DNA of 63,833 nucleotides from Candidatus Pacearchaeota archaeon. Its GTDB lineage: Archaea > Nanobdellota > Nanobdellia > Pacearchaeales > GW2011-AR1. A program made the translations under genes and the position numbers. Positions 36,738 to 46,738 of the stretch are shown here, one piece after another (position 1 is the stretch's first letter; every line of letters begins with the position of its first letter). The notes under the pieces are model-generated. The model was given only the letters and a program-made list of their open reading frames with translations, had not been told where the DNA came from and searched no databases. The stretch spans positions 1-63,833 of the forward strand of contig JAGVXB010000012.1 in the NCBI GenBank assembly GCA_018303995.1, read 5' to 3'.

Positions 36738-38594
36738 ATGGAGAATATAGTTGAAAAATTAATTGACGGAATCTTTGAGCTTTCAAAAGAAAAGATAGCT
36801 TTGCTAACGATACTTTTATTAGCATTAGTTCTGCGTATTATGGCTGCAATTAATTTAGGGGTAAATGCGGATGATATGCATTTCGTAACAGATGCAATAG
36901 GATTTCTATCATCTGAAAAGTTAGTTACTTGGAGCATGTCTGCAGGTTTATGGCATGCAGTAACAGATATATTTTACAATTTAATAGGATTTACTCAGCT
37001 TGCTTCACGTTCAACTGCAGTTATATTTGGAGCTTTAACTGTATTTATAGTTTACTTATTATCTAAAGAGTTTTTTAACAAGAAAGTTTCTATTATTTCT
37101 GCATTTTTAGTTGCTATAGCAACTTTTCATATCAAAAACACCACTGCATCTCAAGATGTAATGGCAATGTTCTTTTCTTTATGTGCAATAGTATTATTTA
37201 TACAAGCATTAAAAAATCAAAAATCTTACTTTTATATGATAAGCGGTATATTTATAGGACTAGCAATATACACTAAAGTATATCCTCTTTTATTTATTCC
37301 TTCAATGCTTTTATATGCATTATATTATCATAAAAAATTAAACAAATCTTTATTCTCCAAGTCAAATATAAAGAGAATATCTTTATTCATTATTGTTGCA
37401 TTCATTTTTACGATCCCAGCATTAACTCATAACTATTTGCTTTACAAAGATAAAGGTTTTTTAGATTTACAATTTACAAGAACTCTCGGACTTGGTAAGA
37501 ATATCTCTGCACAATATTATTCATGGGATCATCAATTCGAGGCTAAAAATGATTGGAGAGGTTTATTTTTAGGCAATTCCACGAATTATGGATCCCCCAC
37601 ACCTACTCTATGGGTTGCTCTAAATTTTGTTCGTCATGGAGATCCAATCAATTTTTACTTAGGGATATTAGGCTTATGTCTATTAATATTTAGTAGAAAA
37701 TATCCTAAAGATTATCTTATTTTCTTCATTTTAACAATTATTTTTATTCTTCCATTTTTAGCATCCATAATTTTATTACCTAAACATTATTTATTCTTGG
37801 AATTAATTATTATCCCTCCAGCGGCAATAGCCATAACAGAAATAATCTCAAAATTAAATGGATTATTCAAATTCAAAAAAGACCTTACATTACCTATTCT
37901 CGCATTACTAGGATTAGTATTTCTTATTTGGTTAGGGTTTCCATACGGAGATCACGTCTATGGAAAAAGCCACATTGCTCAAATGATTGAGTTTAAAGAA
38001 GATAATATACCTATAAATTCTTTAATTATTGGAGATAGTCGTATATATAGAGGAAGAATTCATTGGGCCTTTAATAGTAGGCCTTATTTAGAAGGAATTA
38101 CTTTCATAGAAATGGCAAATAGCTTAGAAAATCTACCTGGACAAACAACCCCTATAGAAGTCTTCTTTTTTGAATGCATTCCAGACGATTGTGGATGGGG
38201 AACAATCAGAGATCAGCCAGATTTTAATGCAACAATGGAACAATTAACTCAATTTTTTAAGAAGGAAGGAAAATTAATTGAAACACTTACAGAACCTAAT
38301 TGGGACAGAACATACTATCCAATAATTAGCAGAAACGATAATATAAAGATAATTAATATTTATAAAGCAGTTTTACCTTTAAAACAAAGCTTAGTAGATT
38401 TAGCAAAATCTCCTAAAAATTGGTTTCTTTCAGATATAGGCTACAAACCTAAAGAAAAACAATTTGATTATTACAAAACCCACAACTTTTTAGATGGTCT
38501 GCTTGCTAAACTGGCACGCTTTGTAGTTATATTGGCAGTCTGTTTAGCATTTCTAAGTATCCCATATACTATTTACTTAACACTAAAAAAATGA
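36738..38594 (+). CDS. GT-C fold membrane glycosyltransferase (ArnT/PMT_2-like)
   Basis: Polytopic. NLGVNADDMHF acidic loop motif. C-terminal soluble domain followed by a terminal TM helix. Confidence 0.5.
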   Translation: MENIVEKLIDGIFELSKEKIALLTILLLALVLRIMAAINLGVNADDMHFVTDAIGFLSSEKLVTWSMSAGLWHAVTDIFYNLIGFTQLASRSTAVIFGALTVFIVYLLSKEFFNKKVSIISAFLVAIATFHIKNTTASQDVMAMFFSLCAIVLFIQALKNQKSYFYMISGIFIGLAIYTKVYPLLFIPSMLLYALYYHKKLNKSLFSKSNIKRISLFIIVAFIFTIPALTHNYLLYKDKGFLDLQFTRTLGLGKNISAQYYSWDHQFEAKNDWRGLFLGNSTNYGSPTPTLWVALNFVRHGDPINFYLGILGLCLLIFSRKYPKDYLIFFILTIIFILPFLASIILLPKHYLFLELIIIPPAAIAITEIISKLNGLFKFKKDLTLPILALLGLVFLIWLGFPYGDHVYGKSHIAQMIEFKEDNIPINSLIIGDSRIYRGRIHWAFNSRPYLEGITFIEMANSLENLPGQTTPIEVFFFECIPDDCGWGTIRDQPDFNATMEQLTQFFKKEGKLIETLTEPNWDRTYYPIISRNDNIKIINIYKAVLPLKQSLVDLAKSPKNWFLSDIGYKPKEKQFDYYKTHNFLDGLLAKLARFVVILAVCLAFLSIPYTIYLTLKK

Positions 38595-39283
38595 AACTTT
38601 CAATAATTGTACCGGTTTATAATGAAGAAAAAACTATTGCTACGATTCTAAAAAGACTAATTTCTGTTAAATTAGGAGTTAGTAAAGAAATAATTATTAT
38701 TGATGATGGTAGCAAGGATAAATCTTTAGAAAGAATAAATCTCTTCAAAGATAATAAGAAAAAAGATATTTCGGTCAAAATTGTTTCAAAAACAAACCGT
38801 GGAAAGGGCTCGGCAATAAGAGAAGGAATAAAAATAGCAACAGGGGAAATAATAACAATACAAGATGCAGATTTAGAATATGATCCTTCAGACTACCTAA
38901 AATTAATTGAAGAAATAAAAAAAGGACATTTAGTCGTTTATGGCTCTAGATTTTTAAAAAAACATAAACCTTTGTATAAAATATACTTTTACGGCAACAA
39001 ATTTCTCACTTTCCTTACTCAAGTTTTATATAACTCTAAGATTACAGACATGGAAACTTGTTATAAAATGTTCAAAAAAGAAGTTATCAAATCATTATCT
39101 TTAAACTCAAATGGTTTTGAAATAGAACCAGAAATAACTGCTAAAATATTAAATAAGGGAATTATTATAAAAGAAGTACCAATAAAATATTCCCCACGCA
39201 ATATTAAAGAAGGTAAAAAAATAAATTGGATTGACGGACTACAAGCAATTATATTATTAATCAGAATGAGATTTAAAGATTAG
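38591..39283 (+). CDS. GT2 glycosyltransferase, dolichyl-phosphate hexose synthase-like
   Basis: IIVPVYNEEKTI, IIDDGSKD, QDADLEYDP. Confidence 0.75.
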   Translation: MKLSIIVPVYNEEKTIATILKRLISVKLGVSKEIIIIDDGSKDKSLERINLFKDNKKKDISVKIVSKTNRGKGSAIREGIKIATGEIITIQDADLEYDPSDYLKLIEEIKKGHLVVYGSRFLKKHKPLYKIYFYGNKFLTFLTQVLYNSKITDMETCYKMFKKEVIKSLSLNSNGFEIEPEITAKILNKGIIIKEVPIKYSPRNIKEGKKINWIDGLQAIILLIRMRFKD

Positions 39284-40514
39284 TTTTTGTTTCAATTCTT
39301 TCTTTTAATATCCAAAAACTACCTAATAAAAATATAAGAGATGCCCCAATAAATGCCTGAGTAAATTGTATTAATGAATTAGAAAATATAGAAAGCAATA
39401 CTACTTCAATAACTAAAAATATTGGTAACATCCAGTATCTTTTTACTGCACCCGTAGAGAGTCTATATAAAAGCATAAGATTTGCAATAGCAATAAAACT
39501 AAACGCAATCCCATTATAAAAAAGAATTGTGCTGGCAAGCGGAACAGTTTTTCCTGAGAAAATAGATATGATTTGATTAGGGAAAATTGAGAATATTATT
39601 AATATTCCCATCGATCCAAAAAGGAGCAACAACAACGCCGTGGCAAATACGCGACGTTTTTTATTTTTTTGTATGGTTTCTGCAGATGAGAAAGGAAGCA
39701 TGGCTTTACTAATAGGGAATGTTCCCCAGAAAATTATTTTTCCCAAGATAGAAGCTATTGCATAAGAACCCGCAATTTCAGGAGAAAAGAATATTTTTGC
39801 AAGAATAACATCCATACTGTAAAATATAACCACTACGGCAGTAATAACTAAAGAAGGTTTTGCATAATCATAAATTCCTAATGGCTTTGCAATTTCTTCT
39901 TTAGCAGTTAAAGTTGATCTTATTTGAAAAAGAGAAACTCCCAATGCAAAAACTACGCCTAATATTGTTCCAAGAACCGCCCCAAATACTCCAATTCCTA
40001 ATAAAACTAGTAATGCACCAATGAGCAATTTTGAGCCTGCTTCAGTAAGCATATTGAAACTCAACGCACCAAATCTTTTTTTTCCTTGTAAAACTCCGCG
40101 CGTAATGGGAATAAAACATGCAAAAAAGATTGTAGTTCCAGCAAGCGCTAAAAGACTATAGTCTATTCCAAAAATAGGAGATATAAATAAAGCCAACACA
40201 AGATAAACGCAAAACAGACCTAAAGAAATATAACTTATTTTTTTTAAAGAGCGTTTGAGGATATTCTTTAATTGTCCATCTGGCTCTTTTCCCGCAGAGT
40301 ACTTTACAATAACATTCTGAATGGATTCAGTAAAAATAGAGCCAATATAAATAATTGAAAAAAGACTTGCTAAAATTCCATATTCTGTTATACTCAGCAT
40401 TCGAGCCATGAAAAATTGAAACATAAAATGAATAAAATTAAATAAACCAAAAGATAGCACTAAAAGTATACTTCCTTTAACAAGAGGAGATTCAAATTTT
40501 TTAGTTAATTTCAT
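39273..40514 (-). CDS. MOP-superfamily flippase (Wzx-like)
   Basis: 413 aa, about 12 TM helices. The start overlaps the aglB stop by 1 nt (TAATG). Confidence 0.6.
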   Translation of the reverse strand: MKLTKKFESPLVKGSILLVLSFGLFNFIHFMFQFFMARMLSITEYGILASLFSIIYIGSIFTESIQNVIVKYSAGKEPDGQLKNILKRSLKKISYISLGLFCVYLVLALFISPIFGIDYSLLALAGTTIFFACFIPITRGVLQGKKRFGALSFNMLTEAGSKLLIGALLVLLGIGVFGAVLGTILGVVFALGVSLFQIRSTLTAKEEIAKPLGIYDYAKPSLVITAVVVIFYSMDVILAKIFFSPEIAGSYAIASILGKIIFWGTFPISKAMLPFSSAETIQKNKKRRVFATALLLLLFGSMGILIIFSIFPNQIISIFSGKTVPLASTILFYNGIAFSFIAIANLMLLYRLSTGAVKRYWMLPIFLVIEVVLLSIFSNSLIQFTQAFIGASLIFLLGSFWILKERIETKTNL

Positions 40515-43228
40515 TATGCGCGAACCAATTCTTCAGGATATTCAGTTTCCAAATATTCCGGTTTGAAGGCAATGTTTGATGGATATTTGATGGACCATAT
40601 TTTTATAGGGCCTCTAAATTCATTAAAGAAGACAAAATCTCCAACATCCATATTTTGGGCATTTAGATTTTCAACAACAAAGTCAGGTTCTGAGTGGGCT
40701 AAAGTAAATGAGCTACTTTTTTCTCCAAATAAATATAATTTTGCTAACTGAGAACGCACAGTTCTAGAACTTAAGTAAAGAATAGCCCCCTTTGGTTCAA
40801 TATTGCCTCCTCCTTGGGAGTTAAGAACAACACGAGGATACATTAAAATTCCAGCATCTAAACCACTTCCAGTATCTACAAATCCTGTTTTTTTATCCCA
40901 ATAATATCTAAGTGGAATTTGATATGATTTATCTTGTGAGTAATATATACCCAACACACTAGAAACAGAATCTTCTTGATTTACGGTAACTACTACTGCA
41001 GCCACATATGCCTTACCTTCAGGCAAGAAAATTTTAGTACCATTTAAGTCATATACTATATCTTGATCCACTACAGTGCCTCCTGGATAAACAAAAACTG
41101 TAGTATTCTTTCTTTCTACTGTTTGAGAGTTATCTCTCGTGAAACTAGGTATCCAACTGCGCCTGTCATAATTTTTATCAGAACCAATGCTGGAAAAGGC
41201 AGTATACTTCCCAATATCTGTAGAATCAATCAAAAAGTATGTGGTGTTATGGGCATACAAAAATTCTAATGCCTCTTTCTCTGTTGGAGAAGTAAGTGCA
41301 TGTCTACCCATAAGGTGGTTCCAATAAGATATAGCATTTCCACCATCAAGAACAGTTGCCCGTTTTCCAATACTCTGCAACCAATAACCATAATCCCACC
41401 AATGTCCAAATACTGCATCTGTCGGAGTATTTTCTCTTGTCCATGCCATTGCCTTCTGCCACTGATTCGTGTATAATGATGGGACATATTGTTGGGCAGT
41501 ATTTTTCGAAATAGTATAATAACTATATATACTAAAGAGCAAAGCTAATACAAAGATTATGCTGATTACAGTTTTAGTTGTATTTGGACGCTTTCGCACA
41601 TGAAGTAAATGTCCCATACTTAATACCATCAAATATCCAAGCATAATTGATCCAGGCAATGCCAATATCATAACAAGCCTAATCAACCCTCTAGCAGAAA
41701 TAATAGACACAACCAAAAATACTAAAATCATTATTATCCCTAAATTAATGTTGTCAAATAAATATCCTTCTTTGCGCCGATATGCTTTAAGAAAATAGCG
41801 TCCGGAAATATAAATAAATGTTAAAAATCCTAAAGCGTACAGAATCAAACTAAAAGCATTTTCACCATTAAATACACTTTGTGAGGAATAACGTGTAAAT
41901 ATAGTAGTTATCAACATTAAACCATAAGAACCAACTATCCAAATGGACTGACGTTTGTCTTTAGTTACATGTAAACAAAACCGATAAAAAAGAAGTAGAG
42001 ATGCTACAACAATAAGGGCAAGTCCCAAATACAATCCTCCTAATTGAGGCCCTAAACTAGAAGCCCATTCGCCAAAGTAAGGTTGACGATTTTCGGCTAC
42101 AGTATCAATTAGTCTGCTCTGAGAAGGTTTTGTCAAATCAAAATAAATGTGGGAGAAGTTACTAAAAATAGTATTGGCACCGAAAACCGCAGTCCCTAAA
42201 ATCAATCCCAAGATTATTATCAAAACAAAAGAAGTAATTCTAGGAGGGATTTTTTTTATTAAGTTGTAAGAATATAGTTTTTCTTTTATATAAGGGATAA
42301 AAACGAACGAATGAAATATTGCAACAATAAATACTATAAATGCAGAGCCAGTAGTAGCATTAACAATAAGACTTTTCAAAGTATGACGTTCGAAAAATAA
42401 AGTCATAAAAGCGAATGCGCTTATAACCCAAATCACAGTAGTCAGAATATGGTTTTTTTTCATAGATCCTATAAGAAAAGCGATTAAGAGAGAAGGGCTA
42501 AGAATATAAAATATGAAAACAAATCCTCCCCAAACAAAACTCATGCCTGCAGTCATAATACCTGCAAATATTCCTAAAGCAATACGCTTACTCATAGAGA
42601 TAGCATTCCAAGAGGATAAGAATAAATAGAAAACCATAAAGAGAAAGAAAAATCCAGTGGCCTCTTTTTCAGGAATTCCTGCGATAGTCCTAGGAAGCAA
42701 TACAGGAATAATGCTAAAGAATAAGCTTGCAGTAAGAGATATAGCATTTGCTTTTTTTTCACTGGTAAAACCTTTAAATACTTCACGAACAAAAAGGAAA
42801 AACGCAATAACTGTTAGTCCAAACATAAATACTGGATAATAAATTGCCGATTGAGTAACTGTCCAAGAAAAAATTCCAGAAAATAAATTATGAAACCATA
42901 CCATCATATACGGATGAAGCAAATATTCTCCACGCATATCAAATCCAAAAGGAACATACCTCATTAAATCTTGAGCAAATAAAGTGCCATTTTCTACCAT
43001 ATATTCCGACCATCTAAGAAATAAAAATGGGTCTAAATCAGGTCCAAGAGTGGGTAATGAGGTGCTAACGTCAATAAGCTTAGGTACATTACGCGTGCGA
43101 ATCCACAAAGTTAAGCCCACAATCACAGCAAGGATTAAATATACTACCTGATTGCTTTTCGCAGATATAAATTTAAAAAAATTCTCTTTACGCTGAACTA
43201 CAAATTTATCAGTCTCCAAATCAACCAT
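40514..43228 (-). CDS. aglB: archaeal oligosaccharyltransferase AglB (STT3 family)
   Basis: 13-TM-type N-terminal half, the HWWDYGYW (WWDYG) catalytic motif, and a large C-terminal soluble domain. 904 aa. Confidence 0.9.
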   Translation of the reverse strand: MVDLETDKFVVQRKENFFKFISAKSNQVVYLILAVIVGLTLWIRTRNVPKLIDVSTSLPTLGPDLDPFLFLRWSEYMVENGTLFAQDLMRYVPFGFDMRGEYLLHPYMMVWFHNLFSGIFSWTVTQSAIYYPVFMFGLTVIAFFLFVREVFKGFTSEKKANAISLTASLFFSIIPVLLPRTIAGIPEKEATGFFFLFMVFYLFLSSWNAISMSKRIALGIFAGIMTAGMSFVWGGFVFIFYILSPSLLIAFLIGSMKKNHILTTVIWVISAFAFMTLFFERHTLKSLIVNATTGSAFIVFIVAIFHSFVFIPYIKEKLYSYNLIKKIPPRITSFVLIIILGLILGTAVFGANTIFSNFSHIYFDLTKPSQSRLIDTVAENRQPYFGEWASSLGPQLGGLYLGLALIVVASLLLFYRFCLHVTKDKRQSIWIVGSYGLMLITTIFTRYSSQSVFNGENAFSLILYALGFLTFIYISGRYFLKAYRRKEGYLFDNINLGIIMILVFLVVSIISARGLIRLVMILALPGSIMLGYLMVLSMGHLLHVRKRPNTTKTVISIIFVLALLFSIYSYYTISKNTAQQYVPSLYTNQWQKAMAWTRENTPTDAVFGHWWDYGYWLQSIGKRATVLDGGNAISYWNHLMGRHALTSPTEKEALEFLYAHNTTYFLIDSTDIGKYTAFSSIGSDKNYDRRSWIPSFTRDNSQTVERKNTTVFVYPGGTVVDQDIVYDLNGTKIFLPEGKAYVAAVVVTVNQEDSVSSVLGIYYSQDKSYQIPLRYYWDKKTGFVDTGSGLDAGILMYPRVVLNSQGGGNIEPKGAILYLSSRTVRSQLAKLYLFGEKSSSFTLAHSEPDFVVENLNAQNMDVGDFVFFNEFRGPIKIWSIKYPSNIAFKPEYLETEYPEELVRA

Positions 43229-43266
43229 CTTCTAAATGACAAAATCTCTTATTTAAAGGTTATTGA

Positions 43267-44127
43267 TTATGCAAAGAACATCGGAGTAACAAACACTTCT
43301 ATCAAAGCAGATATAAACAGTAATATCACTGCCAAGATAATTAAATTTAGAGAGTCTTGTAAAACTCTCCAGAATCTTTCAGTTCCTATATCTCTGCGAA
43401 TGACTGCAAAAGAAATCATCCCTCCAGATAAAGCAACCACAAAATAAGAAGCTATCTCGGGAAGTCCATGGACAAAATATCTTAACATAGCAACAGGCAA
43501 ATAGTTTAAATCAGACCTTGTAAATATAGCAATAGCAGCAGCAATAACACTCGCATTCCAAGCCAGAATAAATATTACTCCTGCTCCAAATAATAGCGAG
43601 AATACGAGTGTAAAAATAAGAACATATACATTATTGGCAAAAATCAAGAACATACGTTCCTTATTTGATGCAAAAGCGGTAGGGCTAGTATTAGGTTTAG
43701 AAACAATAGATTCAATACACTTATCGTCTCCAGGTTTATTTATAGAACAAAAAGTCCCTAATTGCTGTTCAAGGCTTTCAGTAGTAGGCAAAATAATATA
43801 CCAAAATGCAAATCCTAATACAAATCCTATAAATAACCACATAAATGCCCATAATGCTTTGCGATGGTCTTTAATCAGCTGAAAAGTTCTAGTATTCTCT
43901 TGAGAAGAACGTGTCTCTTCAATTCTAAACATATAGAACATAAAAGGAATAGAAAACATAACTGTAAAAGTGACTACTAATATTCCCGCAACGTCTTTTA
44001 AAATAGGGTCATTCTTAAATATCCACTCTACGAGCAAGACAGATATACTAGCATAAAAAACACCTACAAAAAACATCTCCCATGGTTTTCTTTCAGCCTT
44101 TGCAGGATTAACAAGCATTTCAAACAT
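43267..44127 (-). CDS. SpoIIM-like (DUF95) membrane protein
   Basis: Polytopic. FVHGLPEIASYFVVALSGG block typical of the family. Confidence 0.5.
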   Translation of the reverse strand: MFEMLVNPAKAERKPWEMFFVGVFYASISVLLVEWIFKNDPILKDVAGILVVTFTVMFSIPFMFYMFRIEETRSSQENTRTFQLIKDHRKALWAFMWLFIGFVLGFAFWYIILPTTESLEQQLGTFCSINKPGDDKCIESIVSKPNTSPTAFASNKERMFLIFANNVYVLIFTLVFSLLFGAGVIFILAWNASVIAAAIAIFTRSDLNYLPVAMLRYFVHGLPEIASYFVVALSGGMISFAVIRRDIGTERFWRVLQDSLNLIILAVILLFISALIEVFVTPMFFA

Positions 44128-44188
44128 AATTCATCACCATCATGCGAGAAAGTAATCACCTTTTTATATATGTTAGCTTTATAGTAAT

Positions 44189-44995
44189 ATGGATTCATTC
44201 TCAAAAATATGCAAAGACATTAAATCTATCAAGATTCAAGGAGCGACAAATGTAGCAAAAGCCGCAATAAAAGCATACTATATCAAGCCGACAAAAAAAT
44301 CAAAAGAGATTTTAATAAAATTAAGACCTACAGAACCAATGTTACAAAACGCTCTAAACATTATTGAAAAGTCTTCTTACGAAAATGTTCTAAATCACTT
44401 CGACAATGTACAAGAATTTATCAACTATTACGTTCAGAAATTAATTAAACCAAATTCAGTTATTTTTACTCATTGCCACTCAAACACTTTAGCCAAAGCT
44501 TTAATTTCAGCGCATAAATCTGGAATTAAATTTTCTATGATAAACACAGAAACAAGGCCTCTATATCAAGGACACATAACCGCAAGACAACTTTCAAAAG
44601 CAGGAATAAGTATAACTATGTCTATAGATTCTGCAATTCTCGAAGATATAAAAAAATCAGACTTTGTATTGTTAGGAGCAGACGCAATCACAAGGAAAGG
44701 AGTTTTAAACAAAATAGGAAGTGCCTCAATAGCAAGAATATCTAAAGATTACAAAAAGCCTCTTTACATAATAACTGATTCATGGAAATTTTCTTCTCAT
44801 AAAGTTCCAATCGAAAAACGCTCAATAAAAGAGATATGGTCTAGGGCTCCTAAAAATGTTAAAATAGAAAATTTTTCTTTCGAGCTAATTCCTCCTAAAC
44901 AAATTACTGGAGTAATTTCAGAGTTTGGCGTATTAAACTACAAACAATTTATCAAGGAAGCCAAGAAGAATCTCAAGAGTTACGGTGTTCGATAA
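44189..44995 (+). CDS. eIF-2B alpha/beta/delta family protein (aIF-2B / ribose-1,5-bisphosphate isomerase-like)
   Basis: IFTHCHSNT, ETRPLYQG, LLGADAI...G.LNKIGS blocks. Confidence 0.7.
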   Translation: MDSFSKICKDIKSIKIQGATNVAKAAIKAYYIKPTKKSKEILIKLRPTEPMLQNALNIIEKSSYENVLNHFDNVQEFINYYVQKLIKPNSVIFTHCHSNTLAKALISAHKSGIKFSMINTETRPLYQGHITARQLSKAGISITMSIDSAILEDIKKSDFVLLGADAITRKGVLNKIGSASIARISKDYKKPLYIITDSWKFSSHKVPIEKRSIKEIWSRAPKNVKIENFSFELIPPKQITGVISEFGVLNYKQFIKEAKKNLKSYGVR

Positions 44996-45356
44996 TCACT
45001 TCTTCAAGAGCCATTGCAACATTCTGAATTTCATCTAACAGCTGTACTTTAAAAGATTCAAGTCTATGCTTTTGTTCACTTGCAACGGCTTTAGTTTCAT
45101 TAATATTCTTGCGAACAAAGTATCCTGCCCCCACATCGACAAAGAACTTTTCATTAATGTTTGGTTTCATAAATGCAAATACCGACTTTCCAAGCGGAGC
45201 AAGAATCCCGTTATCTTTATTATTCTCAAGAGTATCCAATTCTTTATTAAAAACAGTAATTTCGTTAATTTGTTGTTCAACAATCTTAATCTGTTCCGAA
45301 AGCATTTCATGCTGTTGATTAAGGTCATTTAAAATTTGTATCTTTTCTTGTTCCAT
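44973..45356 (-). CDS. pfdA: prefoldin alpha subunit
   Basis: Coiled-coil / beta-hairpin / coiled-coil layout with LAPLGKSVFAF....FFVDVGAGYFV. The start at MEQEK lies 25 nt downstream of an AAGCTTTTTATA box. Confidence 0.75.
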   Translation of the reverse strand: MEQEKIQILNDLNQQHEMLSEQIKIVEQQINEITVFNKELDTLENNKDNGILAPLGKSVFAFMKPNINEKFFVDVGAGYFVRKNINETKAVASEQKHRLESFKVQLLDEIQNVAMALEEVIIEHRNS

Positions 45357-45376
45357 ACAAATGCACATTAAATATG

Positions 45377-45389
45377 CTATAAAAAGCTT
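45377..45389 (-). promoter_or_regulatory. BRE/TATA-like motif (AAGCTTTTTATAG on the minus strand) for pfdA
   Basis: Same motif and spacing as at 55830 and 57136. Confidence 0.4.
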
Positions 45390-45395
45390 ACTCTT

Positions 45396-45701
45396 TTAAT
45401 CATCTCTGCAAATGAAAAGATAATTATCACGATTATATTTTGTGCCTGCCGTTTCTCCACGTCTGACTCTTTCTAAAACTCCAAGACTAACTTTAATTTC
45501 AATCTGTTCAACATTCCCTAAATTAGAGCCATTATAACTTAAGTCTATGCCATCCGTGCTTCTAAGATTTGCAGAAGGCTCTAAAGTAAATCTTTGCTCA
45601 AGTAAAGTCTCTTCTAATTTCGAACCCTTATTTATTAAATCGTCCAACTGCCCTTCAGTAATATAAAAAGTATAATCTCCATCTTTCAGTCCAATTCTCA
45701 T
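45396..45701 (-). CDS. hypothetical protein (101 aa)
   Basis: Intact ORF. The track start is TTG; the ATG at 45701 gives MRIGLKDG. No family recognised. Confidence 0.35.
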   Translation of the reverse strand: MRIGLKDGDYTFYITEGQLDDLINKGSKLEETLLEQRFTLEPSANLRSTDGIDLSYNGSNLGNVEQIEIKVSLGVLERVRRGETAGTKYNRDNYLFICRDD

Positions 45702-45820
45702 AAAATCCAACCAAATTATATGTTTTTAAGAATTTATATGTTAAACTGCATTAAATTCTGCTTAAAAATATCCTAAAAAATATAATAATGTTTAAAAGAG
45801 ATAAATATTAATTTATTTTC

Positions 45821-46114
45821 ATGTTAAATAATAGGCAACGGAAAAGATTAGAGCAATTAGACTATCTATGCGGAAGTGAAGTAAAAATTATGTTTAGAGA
45901 TGGAAATGCAATAAATGGATATGTTTATGGTGTTAGAACCGATTTAAAAGAACCTTCATTATCTTATAGTACTCGAGCTCCTTCCGTAGATGATGTAAAT
46001 CATGGTTCAATGGTAAACCCAATGGATTTGTTACCATCTGCACAACTCAATCAACTAGGATATGTGCAAGTCAAGGCAACAGGTAAAAAAATAAATCTAT
46101 TAACATTTAGATAA
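45821..46114 (+). CDS. hypothetical protein (97 aa)
   Basis: Intact ORF. VKIMFRDGNAINGYVYGV faintly resembles an Sm/SH3-like barrel strand pair. No firm call. Confidence 0.3.
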   Translation: MLNNRQRKRLEQLDYLCGSEVKIMFRDGNAINGYVYGVRTDLKEPSLSYSTRAPSVDDVNHGSMVNPMDLLPSAQLNQLGYVQVKATGKKINLLTFR

Positions 46115-46116
46115 TT

Positions 46117-46641
46117 TTAGTGCACTTTCATTATCTTCCTAAATATAATTGAAAATACTATAAAAAAGACAATATATGCCCATATTCCAGACATAAATCC
46201 AAGAATCTTTGCCGGGTTGTCTTTAAAGTAATCCCCAAACCATCTAATAAGCAGAATGAAAGGAATAGTCGTATAAATTACAGGCCTCATTGTAATTGGC
46301 ATTGTCTTCATAGCGAGCTCCATAGATTTCTTAGAAAGCTCCATAGATTTCTGAGGATTGTCTCTGTAAAGTTTAAGCTCAGCATTCACTAATTTCTGTT
46401 CTTCCTTAAGCTGTTTAAGCAAATCCTGGTCAGTAACTTTCTTATGTAAAATCGTCGTAATAAAATTAAGAACTGCAGTAATCAGTAAAAGCCCGATAGT
46501 CACATCCCAATTAAGTAATATTCCAAGAGAAGGATCAAGAGCCAAATGAACGCTGTCCCCTATTGCAGGAATCTTATCCCACAATGTAGCTACTGCTAGT
46601 CCAAGAAGCATAACCAAAAACATAATTCCCATCCCTTTCAT
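46117..46641 (-). CDS. DUF106 / EMC3-TMCO1-like membrane insertase (archaeal YidC-like)
   Basis: Three TM helices plus a central coiled coil (LKQLKEEQKLVNAELKLYRDNPQK...), typical of Mj0480-type proteins. Confidence 0.7.
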   Translation of the reverse strand: MKGMGIMFLVMLLGLAVATLWDKIPAIGDSVHLALDPSLGILLNWDVTIGLLLITAVLNFITTILHKKVTDQDLLKQLKEEQKLVNAELKLYRDNPQKSMELSKKSMELAMKTMPITMRPVIYTTIPFILLIRWFGDYFKDNPAKILGFMSGIWAYIVFFIVFSIIFRKIMKVH

Positions 46642-46709
46642 ATCATTAAATAGAATAAAGAATGTTTTTAAATTGAACTATTTCGGATTTTCAATCACTT
46701 CTAACAAAC

Positions 46710-46718
46710 TATATAAAT
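46710..46718 (+). promoter_or_regulatory. TATA-like box (TATATAAAT) 25 nt upstream of the ATG at 46739
   Basis: Sequence and spacing. Confidence 0.4.
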
Positions 46719-46738
46719 CAGTAAATGTTTATCAAATA

